Positions 10,082-18,514 of a stretch of DNA of 64,000 nucleotides are shown piece by piece. Numbering within the stretch: the first letter of the stretch is position 1; every line of letters starts with the position of its first letter. The stretch covers positions 9,617-73,616 of the forward strand of contig JAQTRS010000002.1 in NCBI GenBank assembly GCA_028711705.1, written 5' to 3'. The notes beneath the pieces are model-generated. The model was not told the origin of the DNA. It saw only the letters and a program-made list of their open reading frames with translations, and did not search any database. The position numbers and the translations under genes were made by a program. This DNA comes from Candidatus Moraniibacteriota bacterium. Lineage in GTDB: Bacteria; Patescibacteriota; Minisyncoccia; Moranbacterales; UBA1568.

Positions 10082-10567
10082 ATGAGTACGATAATCGATT
10101 TTTGCAACAGGAACCGCGGGTCACACTGGTGGCTCATGATGATGTTCGCATCAATAATGATACCGTTGTTTGCTATATTCTACACGCTCTATCAATCCCT
10201 GGGGTTCACCCCTCAATTGATGGCGAAACTGATTATAGGATGCGACTACTCCGTCATCGAGTCCCTTTGGATCAATACCGGCCTCCAATGCGAAAACCTC
10301 TTTTCCATGGGAGCTATCATGAAAAACACGCCGTTCGCGCTGGATATCATGCTCCTTTATTGCATGACTTTCTCGACAACGTTTTTCCGTATTTGGAAGG
10401 GTCAGGTTTTCTTATCGGACCCGTCCACGGAATTCTGCGGTTGGAGCGTGCTTATCATGAGATTCAACTCCGAAGAAGAAGTTTCTTTTTCCACATTTCC
10501 TTTTATGAAAAAAGGCTACTGGCTCCAGCCGATTGAAAATTCAAAACAATTCGAGCTGGCAAAATAA
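10082..10567 (+). CDS. Hypothetical membrane protein
   Basis: 161-aa ORF with hydrophobic segments, between a promoter and a terminator hairpin (10586-10620). Confidence 0.6.
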   Translation: MSTIIDFCNRNRGSHWWLMMMFASIMIPLFAIFYTLYQSLGFTPQLMAKLIIGCDYSVIESLWINTGLQCENLFSMGAIMKNTPFALDIMLLYCMTFSTTFFRIWKGQVFLSDPSTEFCGWSVLIMRFNSEEEVSFSTFPFMKKGYWLQPIENSKQFELAK

Positions 10568-10681
10568 TATACACCTCTCAACAATCCCGCTATCGCTTAA
10601 CGAGCGCTCTGGCGGGGTTTCTATTTCACAAACAACGATTCCATCCCTTCAGAAAGCGACTTTCAAACAAAATATCATATA

Positions 10682-10780
10682 TTGACATATACGCTACACT
10701 ATGCTATAATCGACCGTTGCTTTGAATGATCAAACAACACTCAATACCACTGGCTTTTTAACAAAAATTCTCAAAGGAGA
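10682..10780 (+). promoter_or_regulatory. Consensus promoter, hairpin, boxA-like GCTTTTTAACAA, SD
   Basis: TTGACA-17-TATAAT with TG extension (10682-10710); motif 10753-10764; AAGGAG. Confidence 0.7.
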
Positions 10781-10786
10781 ATCGTC

Positions 10787-10918
10787 ATGCAAGAAGACAC
10801 CCGGATCAATCTCGGCATACTGATTTCCGTTATGCTGTTAATAGTATTCATTGCGATAGCATGCAATAAAACGGACAAAACTGAGCAAATCGCTCCGTCA
10901 ACGCTTTCTATCCGATAG
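10787..10918 (+). CDS. 43-aa membrane or lipoprotein-like peptide (MQEDTRINLGILISVMLLIVFIAIACNKTD...)
   Basis: Consensus promoter and SD upstream; hydrophobic helix ending in AIAC. Confidence 0.55.
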   Translation: MQEDTRINLGILISVMLLIVFIAIACNKTDKTEQIAPSTLSIR

Positions 10919-10989
10919 CATCGACAAACGGCTTTTCTTATGCTATATTCGAAAGGCTAGTAACTTAAAAACTCTGGAGGAAAAGAAAC

Positions 10990-11154
10990 ATGACTTCCGA
11001 AAACGTTGAAAAATGGCTCGAGACTATCGCCGCAAGAGAGGAAACTCAGACCTCGCCGAAAGTGAGACCATCATCACCGCAAGCACTGGAAATCCTTGAT
11101 GGAGCCGATGATCTATATCATTGCCTCGCTGATCAAGATCCGATTGCTCAATAA
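10990..11154 (+). CDS. 54-aa hypothetical protein (MTSENVEKWLETI...)
   Basis: Promoter TCGACA-17-TATATT (10921-10949), SD GGAGG; translated by hand. Confidence 0.55.
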   Translation: MTSENVEKWLETIAAREETQTSPKVRPSSPQALEILDGADDLYHCLADQDPIAQ

Positions 11155-11166
11155 TAGGAGAAGAAT

Positions 11167-11343
11167 ATGACTCCCGAAGCACACCGCAAATGGCGGGAAG
11201 ACATTGAAAAAATTCCAATATCTGAGACTCGCGAGATTTTGCTTCGCCATCATAGGCGGATCATTCCGGTTCTCAAAGAACCGATTCGTTTTACAAGTCA
11301 TGCCGAGTTGACACAAACGCCAGAAAAAGAACATATGGACTGA
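11167..11343 (+). CDS. 58-aa hypothetical protein (MTPEAHRKWREDI...)
   Basis: SD AGGAG right after the previous stop; terminator at 11377-11408. Confidence 0.55.
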   Translation: MTPEAHRKWREDIEKIPISETREILLRHHRRIIPVLKEPIRFTSHAELTQTPEKEHMD

Positions 11344-11376
11344 AACATAGTCCCTGGCACCATACATCAGAAACAA

Positions 11377-11408
11377 CGCCCGATAGCAATCCTGTCGGGC
11401 GGTTTTTT
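11377..11408. terminator. Intrinsic terminator
   Basis: CGCCCGATAG-caatc-CTGTCGGGCG followed by GTTTTTT. Confidence 0.75.
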
Positions 11409-13956
11409 ATATACTCAGCACCCGTTTCAGGTATTCGCCGGTGTGTGAGCCTTTGGCATTAGCAACCTGTTCGGGCGTTCCCTTGGCGACCACTTTGCCG
11501 CCGCCTGATCCGCCTTCGGGTCCGATATCGATAAGATAGTCGGAACTTTTGATCACATCCATATTGTGCTCGATGAGAATCACCGAATTGCCCTTGTCCA
11601 CCAAACGCTGCAAAATCTCGATCAATTTTTTCACGTCCTCGTAGTGCAGGCCGATGGTCGGTTCATCCAAAAGATAAATCGTGCGCTGCAAATGCGGGCG
11701 ATAGAGTTCCGAAGATATCTTGATACGCTGCGCTTCCCCGCCCGAAAGCGTCGTGGCGGATTGACCAAGCTCCAGGTATTCCAAACCGACATCCCGAAGC
11801 GTCTTGAGCCGATCGGCGATGGCCGGGATATCCTTGAAGAATTCCGAGGCTTCCTCGACCGTCATCTTGAGCACATCGTAGATACTCTTTTTCTTATACT
11901 TCACCTCGAGCGTCTCCTTGGTGAAACGCTTGCCATCGCAAACATCGCACGGCACATAGACCGTCGGCAGAAAGTGCATCTCCACCGCGATCTCGCCATT
12001 CCCCTGACAGGTCTCGCAGCGCCCTCCCGGAACATTGAACGAGAATCGCCCAACCTTCCACCCGCGCACGCGAGCCTCGGCCGTCGAGGCATACAAATCG
12101 CGCACATGCGACCACATGCCGGTATAGGTTGCCGGATTGGAGCGTGGCGTGCGTCCGATCGGCGACTGATCGATCATCACGGCCCGGGTCAGGTATTCCG
12201 TCCCGCTCAGGCTCTTGCAATTGATGGCCTTATTATCTTTGTAGCGGCGATCGAAGCGCGCCTGCAGATTCTTGTGCACGATTTCATACAGAAATGACGA
12301 TTTCCCCGATCCGGACACGCCCGTCACGGTGATCAAACGCCCAAGCGGGATATCCACGTCCAAGTTCCGGATATTGAACACGCTGCCCCCGCGGACCTTG
12401 AGCGCGCCTTTTTCTTTGGTACGACGCACGGTCGGAACCTGGATTTTTTTCTCACCGCGAAGATACGAGAGCGTTACCGATCCCGATGCATTCGTCTTGG
12501 CCGTCAGCAATTGCTCCAGATCCCCCGACACCACGATATTGCCGCCATGCACGCCGGCCCCCGGTCCGATGTCGACCAGGTAGTCCGAGGCATAGATGGT
12601 GTCCTCGTCGTGCTCCACCACGATAATCGTGTTGCCCAGCTCGCGCAGACGTTTGAGAGTCGCAATAAGACGGTCATTGTCGCGCTGGTGCAGACCGATG
12701 GTCGGTTCATCCAATACATACAAGGCACCCACCAGCTGCGAACCGAGCTGCGACGCCAAACGGATGCGCTGCGCCTCCCCGCCCGAAAGGGTGTTGGCGC
12801 GCCGATCGAGCGAAAGGTAGTCCAAGCCGACATTCAACAGAAACTGCAGGCGGCTTTCGATTTCCTTCACCACCACGGCGGAAATTTTCTCCTCGCGCTC
12901 GGTCAATTCGAGCGTGGAAATGAACTCATAGGCGTCCCGGATGGTCGAGGCGGTATAGTCGATGATATTCTTGTCCCCCACCAAGACGAACAGAGCCTCC
13001 TCACGCAAACGGTGGCCATGGCAATCCTCGCAGACTTCCTCGCCGAAAAAGTGCTTGGTTCCCAAACCGTTGCATGTCGGGCAGGCGCCGTAGGGAGAAT
13101 TGAAACTGAACAGTCGCGGCTCCACCTCCGGATAGGAAAACCCATCATAGGGGCAGGAGAACTTCGACGACATCACGCGCTCTTCCCCGTCGAGGACGAT
13201 ACGGATCAACCCTTCGGTTTCCTCGAGCGCCTTGTCTATCGCCTCGTTCAATCGCTCCTGCGATCCGAACGCGTCGCTTTGAAATTCATCGAGCACGATC
13301 TCATCCACCAGCATATCGATATCATGCTTCTTGTTCTTGGACAGCACAACCTGATCGCGCAGGCTGCTCCGCACGCCGTCGATACGAGCCTCCACATATC
13401 CCTTGCTCAAGAAATCATACAGCATCTGATAATACTCCCCCTTGCGTCCGCGCACGATCGGCGCCCAGACTTGCAGCGTCGCAGGGACCTTGCTTTTCGC
13501 TTCGGGTTTTTCCTTGCGGTCGCTCACCATATCCACGATGAAATTCACCATCTCTTCGCTCGAGAGTTTCTTGATTTCCCGATTGCACACCAGACAATGC
13601 GGCCGCCCGATACGGGCATAGAGCACGCGCAAATAGTCATAGATTTCGGTGATGGTCGCCACCGTCGAGCGCGGATTGGACGAGCGGGATTTCTGGTCGA
13701 TGGAAATCGCAGGCGACAGCCCGGCAATCTCGTCCACATCCGGCTTCTGGAACTGATGCAGAAATTGCCGCGCATAGGTCGAGAGTGATTCCACGTAGCG
13801 GCGCTGCCCCTCGGCGAAAATGGTATCGAACGCCAAAGAGGACTTGCCCGACCCAGACAAACCCGTAAACACGATCATCTTGTTGCGAGGCATTTCGACC
13901 GTGATATTCTTGAGATTGTGCGTCCGAGCGCCCCGGACGATGATCGTATCCTGCAT
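11407..13956 (-). CDS. uvrA: Excinuclease ABC subunit A (849 aa; canonical motifs, insertion domain deleted)
   Basis: [38 protein letters not shown]; CPTCNGLG is followed almost directly by CEDCHGHRL. Confidence 0.95.
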   Translation of the reverse strand: MQDTIIVRGARTHNLKNITVEMPRNKMIVFTGLSGSGKSSLAFDTIFAEGQRRYVESLSTYARQFLHQFQKPDVDEIAGLSPAISIDQKSRSSNPRSTVATITEIYDYLRVLYARIGRPHCLVCNREIKKLSSEEMVNFIVDMVSDRKEKPEAKSKVPATLQVWAPIVRGRKGEYYQMLYDFLSKGYVEARIDGVRSSLRDQVVLSKNKKHDIDMLVDEIVLDEFQSDAFGSQERLNEAIDKALEETEGLIRIVLDGEERVMSSKFSCPYDGFSYPEVEPRLFSFNSPYGACPTCNGLGTKHFFGEEVCEDCHGHRLREEALFVLVGDKNIIDYTASTIRDAYEFISTLELTEREEKISAVVVKEIESRLQFLLNVGLDYLSLDRRANTLSGGEAQRIRLASQLGSQLVGALYVLDEPTIGLHQRDNDRLIATLKRLRELGNTIIVVEHDEDTIYASDYLVDIGPGAGVHGGNIVVSGDLEQLLTAKTNASGSVTLSYLRGEKKIQVPTVRRTKEKGALKVRGGSVFNIRNLDVDIPLGRLITVTGVSGSGKSSFLYEIVHKNLQARFDRRYKDNKAINCKSLSGTEYLTRAVMIDQSPIGRTPRSNPATYTGMWSHVRDLYASTAEARVRGWKVGRFSFNVPGGRCETCQGNGEIAVEMHFLPTVYVPCDVCDGKRFTKETLEVKYKKKSIYDVLKMTVEEASEFFKDIPAIADRLKTLRDVGLEYLELGQSATTLSGGEAQRIKISSELYRPHLQRTIYLLDEPTIGLHYEDVKKLIEILQRLVDKGNSVILIEHNMDVIKSSDYLIDIGPEGGSGGGKVVAKGTPEQVANAKGSHTGEYLKRVLSI

Positions 13957-13960
13957 AGGA

Positions 13961-14061
13961 TTGACTTTTAACCCAAATCTGCTATATTGAAGCTTCTTGG
14001 AAGTCTAGCAGATTCCCTGCAAAGATTCAAGAACAGCAACCTTAACAAAGAGGACCCGGTC
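13961..14061 (+). repeat. Leader repeat A copy 1 (promoter, hairpin, CCTTAACAA, SD)
   Basis: Homologous to 14542-14642: TTGACTTT..TGCTAYAYT..CTTCTTG.AAGTCT..GATTCCC.GCAAAGATTCAAGAA..CCTTAACAA.GAGGA. Confidence 0.85.
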
Positions 14062-14463
14062 ATGACAATAATACGTTTCACGCTCGCTTCCGTTTTCTTG
14101 GATGCGATGGATCCGATGAACCCATCATCCGCCCACGAATTCCTTGCAAAAGTTCCCTTCTACGAAAAAATTATCGACACCTTGGTGATGATGACCCGAG
14201 GAGGGCACAAAGAAGTGCTCGGTGCCCTCTCGAACGCACCTTCCGAGGAAGAAGGGTTTACGGAAGTTATCTTCAATCAGACCGTACTGATACGCATCGA
14301 TCGTTATGGCGATGATCATCGTGTCACGATCACGACGCAGCATGATACTGAAACTGTCGCAAGCTTCTTCCGTCGATGCGGTATCGAGGCAAGCATACCT
14401 GAGGTTATGCCGAAAGACATCCCGCCCTGCACGGTCTTCGTTTCCCAAAACGACGCCGACTGA
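14062..14463 (+). CDS. Hypothetical protein (133 aa), paralogue of 14643-15038
   Basis: Start reassigned to ATG 14062 after SD GAGG; terminator at 14487-14530. Confidence 0.75.
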   Translation: MTIIRFTLASVFLDAMDPMNPSSAHEFLAKVPFYEKIIDTLVMMTRGGHKEVLGALSNAPSEEEGFTEVIFNQTVLIRIDRYGDDHRVTITTQHDTETVASFFRRCGIEASIPEVMPKDIPPCTVFVSQNDAD

Positions 14464-14541
14464 ATACGCTCGGCAAAACCGCCACAAAAACCGCCGCCGC
14501 TTCCTGTCGCATCAGGAGGGGCGGTTTTTTCATGGGAAGCA

Positions 14542-14642
14542 TTGACTTTCAAAGCGGGATTTGCTACACTGACACTTCTTGAAAGTCTCGAGGATTCCCC
14601 GCAAAGATTCAAGAAATTTCCTTAACAAGGAGGATCGCCATC
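14542..14642 (+). repeat. Leader repeat A copy 2
   Basis: TTGACT-17-TACACT; same hairpin and CCTTAACAAGGAGG as copy 1. Confidence 0.85.
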
Positions 14643-15038
14643 ATGTTGACCGCTATAGCATTCCCGATTCATAAAGACTCCGACTTCGAACAAATCTCGC
14701 GCGCATCACTCAATCAAGAAACCGATGAAAGCACGCTGTTTTACAGGAAATTATTCGGGGCCCTGTCTAAAATAGTAGACGTATCCGATGCTCGACTCTA
14801 TGAAGCGATCACGGCATTGCAAACGGACCAAGCGCTCCAGGAATATCCTTTCAAACAAGGGAATCGCATGGATATCGGCCCACGAGAAGAGGATATGTGG
14901 CGCGTCACCGTTTTCACCGATAACGAAATCACGCACATAGTCACCCAGCTCGTGCGTCACGACATAGTAGTCAAACTGACCGATGAAATACCCGACGAAG
15001 TGCCGCTTAAATCAACAGTTATCATTTTCTTCGGTTGA
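14643..15038 (+). CDS. Hypothetical protein (131 aa), paralogue of 14062-14463
   Basis: SD AAGGAGG; shared FY.K...L, F.Q, RVT..T, P...P pattern. Confidence 0.75.
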   Translation: MLTAIAFPIHKDSDFEQISRASLNQETDESTLFYRKLFGALSKIVDVSDARLYEAITALQTDQALQEYPFKQGNRMDIGPREEDMWRVTVFTDNEITHIVTQLVRHDIVVKLTDEIPDEVPLKSTVIIFFG

Positions 15039-15062
15039 CATCGCACCAACATAAACCCAAGA

Positions 15063-15104
15063 AAAAAACCGCTACCTTTCTAACAAGAAATGTAGCGGTT
15101 TTTT
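15063..15104. terminator. Bidirectional terminator
   Basis: AAAAAACCGCTAC-TTTC..GAAA-GTAGCGGTTTTTT. Confidence 0.85.
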
Positions 15105-15125
15105 ATGCGCGCAATGACCGGCATA

Positions 15126-16319
15126 TTACTGATGCCTCACGTCAAATAATGAAACCGGGATATCAATGTCCTTCGCCTTGACCATGAAATCGACGAAAAC
15201 GGATCGATTCAGATCGCTTGCTTGATCAGTATCGCTCCAGTACGACCAATCGGTCGCCTCCGCAAGCTGACTTTTATTTTCAGCGAATATATTCAACCAT
15301 ACGGAATAGCCTTTTTTCTGGGCCGATATGACCTCCGAGAGAATGCCGTTCAGAACATCTTTGCGTTTTCCGGGATCGACCGCTATCGTCATCTTTTCAT
15401 CCAATGTGTATTTCGAAGAGAAGCTTCCCGTATTAAACCAGATATCTTTCACTTCAAGCGTATCGGCGGCTTCCATAGCCAGGCGGGCATTCAGGTATTC
15501 ACGCGCATCAAACAGACCCACCCGTTCGGAACCGGCAGGCGGCGCCCATGGAAACCCCTGGATACCGAAACTGTCGACCAAGCCCTTCTTGATGCCGGAT
15601 ACATACGGAACCAGGCTGACATACTCGCCGCTCTCCCAGTTGAAGTCCTCATTGTCATATGTGGCCGAATTAAGCAGTACGCTCCCCTTCGCCTGAGGGA
15701 ATTCTTTTTTCAATGTGCCCAGGTATTTGTTCACGATAACCGAAAAATCTTTCGGGGTGGCGTTCTCATGGTTCCAATACGGCAAGTTCGCCTCGGGAAA
15801 CGGTACCCAGATACCCATCATATCATCCGTGACACCCTCAGCCTTGATGGCCTTGAAATAAGCTGTGATCCACTTATCGTAGAACCCGGTTCCGAATTCC
15901 TTGAAATCGATCAGTCCCCACTCATTCACGGGCTCGACGACCACGATCGGCGTCACATGGAACCGAGAGAATTCCTTCAGCGTCTCCGCCATTTTTTTCG
16001 CGGACTCGACGGCTCCATTCTTATCTTTCGGCATATCGGTAAAGAGCATGATCCTGTCGGTCACGAAAGAATCGCACACCGCCTGATACTCCGACAGCTT
16101 CAGAAGATGCGGGTCGGATGCCGACTCCAGATCGGTGATCTTCTCCCTATCCGAACATCGGCCCGCCGTCAAAGCGACCTGTTCGGAAACGGTCTTTTTC
16201 GGCAGCCTGATCACACTCCTGACATCGCGATCCGTCATCGAATGAAACACCAGCGTGAATGCGAAAACGGACAGGGCAAGGAATATGGATGAATAGGAAA
16301 GAATGCTTTTTACACTCAT
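15126..16319 (-). CDS. Membrane-anchored glycoside-hydrolase-like TIM-barrel protein (GH26-like)
   Basis: N-terminal TM; VVEP, PFPEAN..W, SFGIQGFPW motifs; paralogue of 24368-25633; start reassigned to MSVKS; family assignment tentative. Confidence 0.6.
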   Translation of the reverse strand: MSVKSILSYSSIFLALSVFAFTLVFHSMTDRDVRSVIRLPKKTVSEQVALTAGRCSDREKITDLESASDPHLLKLSEYQAVCDSFVTDRIMLFTDMPKDKNGAVESAKKMAETLKEFSRFHVTPIVVVEPVNEWGLIDFKEFGTGFYDKWITAYFKAIKAEGVTDDMMGIWVPFPEANLPYWNHENATPKDFSVIVNKYLGTLKKEFPQAKGSVLLNSATYDNEDFNWESGEYVSLVPYVSGIKKGLVDSFGIQGFPWAPPAGSERVGLFDAREYLNARLAMEAADTLEVKDIWFNTGSFSSKYTLDEKMTIAVDPGKRKDVLNGILSEVISAQKKGYSVWLNIFAENKSQLAEATDWSYWSDTDQASDLNRSVFVDFMVKAKDIDIPVSLFDVRHQ

Positions 16320-16342
16320 ACCGTTGTCGTACGTTAATAATA

Positions 16343-17617
16343 TTAAATCGTGTCGGTCACTCCGGTCCGCTTCCATTTCTGCCACTCGACATCATCGCCG
16401 CGCAGCACCATCTTGAAACTCTTCAGCAATACCAGATATTCGACCCACACCAGGAAATAGAACAACGGCCACGTGAACGGAAACAGCAGAATCCTCCGCA
16501 AGGAGACGCCGTCGTGAGCGAAAAAAGCGTTGACCAGATAGATCACGAACACGAACAATGCGCCCAAAGTGATGGACAGGTAGTCCCCGGAAATGAAACT
16601 GTATGAGGCGAGAAACGTTATCGAGATGGGCTCGAAAAACAGCTGGATTTCCGCCAAAATAGAGAACGGCAGGATAAACCATGCCAAAAATATATTATGA
16701 TTCCTCCAATCCGTGGAAAAGAACATCCGGCGATATTTGAGGAACGTGTCCATGCGGCCTTTTTTCCAGCGCAAACGCTGGCTTATCAGACCGACTACAG
16801 TCGAAGCGCCCTCGGTATAGCAGATGACATTCTCCGCATAGGCGGAACGCAATCCGTTGAAGCGTATGCGCATCGACATCTCGATATCCTCTGTCTTATT
16901 GCTCGTATCGAAAAGGCCGAGCCTATCGAACACCGTCGCCTTGCGGAACGCGGCGCAAGCGCCTCCGAAAATATATTCCGCCCCCAACACGGAATGGGCA
17001 CGCTTGAAATAGAATCCGAAAAGATACTCGAGCCTTTGCGTGTAGCCGACCATGCTATGGTTCTTGGCGACACGGACATTCCCCACGACGGCATCGATCT
17101 TATCGTCCTCGAAATACTCGACCAGATTCGCTATGGCCCGCCTTTCGAGCGCCGAATCCGCATCGACCGTGACGATGATTTCTCCGGAAACTTTTCCGAT
17201 ACCGAAGTTGAGGGCTTCTCCCTTGCCTCCGTTTTCCTTATAGAAGTACTTCACCTTCGTGCTGTCCAGGTGCCTATTTTCAAGGTTCTTCCTGATGAAC
17301 TCCTTGACCACGGCATCGGAATCATCGGTCGATCCATCGTTTACGACGATAATCTCGATATTCTTATACGAGTTGCGCAGTATCGATTTGATAGTCTTGA
17401 GTATACCTACCCGTTCATTCCAGGCAGGGACGATGACGGAAACGAGGGGAAGGTATGCTCTTCCATGAATCTTACGTAGCTTTTTCAGCCGGATCCTGCG
17501 CATCGATTCCCTCATGGGATACAGCGGTGTTAAGAGCAAAAAGAGGTAATACTTCACCAACATCGCCGTAGCGAAAAAGAAAGCTATATTCTTGAATAGG
17601 TTGAAATACTCGTTCAT
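16343..17617 (-). CDS. Processive GT2 glycosyltransferase (PgaC/IcaA-like)
   Basis: VIVPAWNE, DGSTD, KENGGK, DAD, TED, QRLRW; N- and C-terminal TM helices. Confidence 0.9.
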   Translation of the reverse strand: MNEYFNLFKNIAFFFATAMLVKYYLFLLLTPLYPMRESMRRIRLKKLRKIHGRAYLPLVSVIVPAWNERVGILKTIKSILRNSYKNIEIIVVNDGSTDDSDAVVKEFIRKNLENRHLDSTKVKYFYKENGGKGEALNFGIGKVSGEIIVTVDADSALERRAIANLVEYFEDDKIDAVVGNVRVAKNHSMVGYTQRLEYLFGFYFKRAHSVLGAEYIFGGACAAFRKATVFDRLGLFDTSNKTEDIEMSMRIRFNGLRSAYAENVICYTEGASTVVGLISQRLRWKKGRMDTFLKYRRMFFSTDWRNHNIFLAWFILPFSILAEIQLFFEPISITFLASYSFISGDYLSITLGALFVFVIYLVNAFFAHDGVSLRRILLFPFTWPLFYFLVWVEYLVLLKSFKMVLRGDDVEWQKWKRTGVTDTI

Positions 17618-18264
17618 TTCTGTGTGTTTTGAATGCTTATGTACATACCTTGCAAGACATAGGTCAGACCGGTATCCTTATCCTCCATGATCAGGATCAG
17701 GGAGTTTGCGGCAGAATCGCCCTTCACATAGGGGTCGTCCGGATGAACGACGCTTCTGTTGGTGATGCGGAACATATATCGCCATCCGGTATCCGTATCC
17801 AAGAACAGGTTATCCCCTATCTTCAGATGCTCCGGCGTCGGGAATGTCCTCCAGCTCGCATTCGCGTATATCACGACATCACCGATATTGCCGTTTTTCC
17901 CATCACTCACGATGATATAATGGCCGTTATTAGCACGGTACAGCCAATCATCCCCGACAACGATCGATTCTATCAGATTGAGCTTGGAACTCATCGAGGG
18001 TATCTTCAGCATTTTCGGTTTCCCGAAGTTCCCGACCTTGCCCGCATCGATGTCTCGAACACCCTCATTCGGGCCGCCGACAATGCTATCGAGCGTCGTT
18101 TTGGAAGACAGTTTATCCAAGGCGTGGATATGCGGGATATCCTTATTGAAAAGCACCTCGATGCTATTCGCGAAAACAAACACCGTCAAAGAGGCGAAAA
18201 TCAGGCCGATAATCGCCATCTTGATCGCCGTCCACACTATTTTTAACGCCTTTTTAACAGCCAT
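17614..18264 (-). CDS. Sortase-fold membrane protein lacking catalytic His/Cys
   Basis: LKIPS, GDVVIYAN, F..PEHLKIGD, YMFRI...VVHPDD; LILIME where sortases have LTLxTC; start reassigned to MAVKK. Confidence 0.6.
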   Translation of the reverse strand: MAVKKALKIVWTAIKMAIIGLIFASLTVFVFANSIEVLFNKDIPHIHALDKLSSKTTLDSIVGGPNEGVRDIDAGKVGNFGKPKMLKIPSMSSKLNLIESIVVGDDWLYRANNGHYIIVSDGKNGNIGDVVIYANASWRTFPTPEHLKIGDNLFLDTDTGWRYMFRITNRSVVHPDDPYVKGDSAANSLILIMEDKDTGLTYVLQGMYISIQNTQK

Positions 18265-18398
18265 TGCAATATTTGTTGAATGATAAGAGAAATGATATTG
18301 ACACACAATATGCTTCCCAAAAAACCGGCATACAGCAACGCCAGAAGCTGGTATTGGGATGGTATCATCTGATAAAAATGCAGTATTTGCTCGTACAT
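18243..18398 (-). CDS. 51-aa single-TM membrane protein (MYEQILHFYQMIPSQYQLLALLYAGFLGSILCVNIISLIIQQILQWLLKRR)
   Basis: Translated by hand; follows promoter TTGACG-17-TACACT; overlaps the next gene start; basic KRR tail. Confidence 0.6.
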   Translation of the reverse strand: MYEQILHFYQMIPSQYQLLALLYAGFLGSILCVNIISLIIQQILQWLLKRR

Positions 18399-18514
18399 GA
18401 TCTTTGACACTAAATATAGCCGGCCAAAAAAGACTGACTGTATAGTGTATACCTAAATGATAATATCGTCAATAAAAAACGGTTTTTTGGTATATATACG
18501 CTATGTTTTTTCGG

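Noticed and set aside
13987-14061. N-terminal extensions in the ORF track (e.g. starts at 13987, 28897, 38322, 43514, 55201, 61016, 61103)
   Set aside because: They run through promoter/leader sequence or upstream genes; downstream ATGs fit SD or signal-peptide positions better
13961-15104. Cassettes as integron gene cassettes (TTAAC resembling attC core sites)
   Set aside because: The motif lies upstream of the ORFs, there is no paired GTTRRRY-ended attC hairpin after them, each cassette has its own promoter, and no integrase is present
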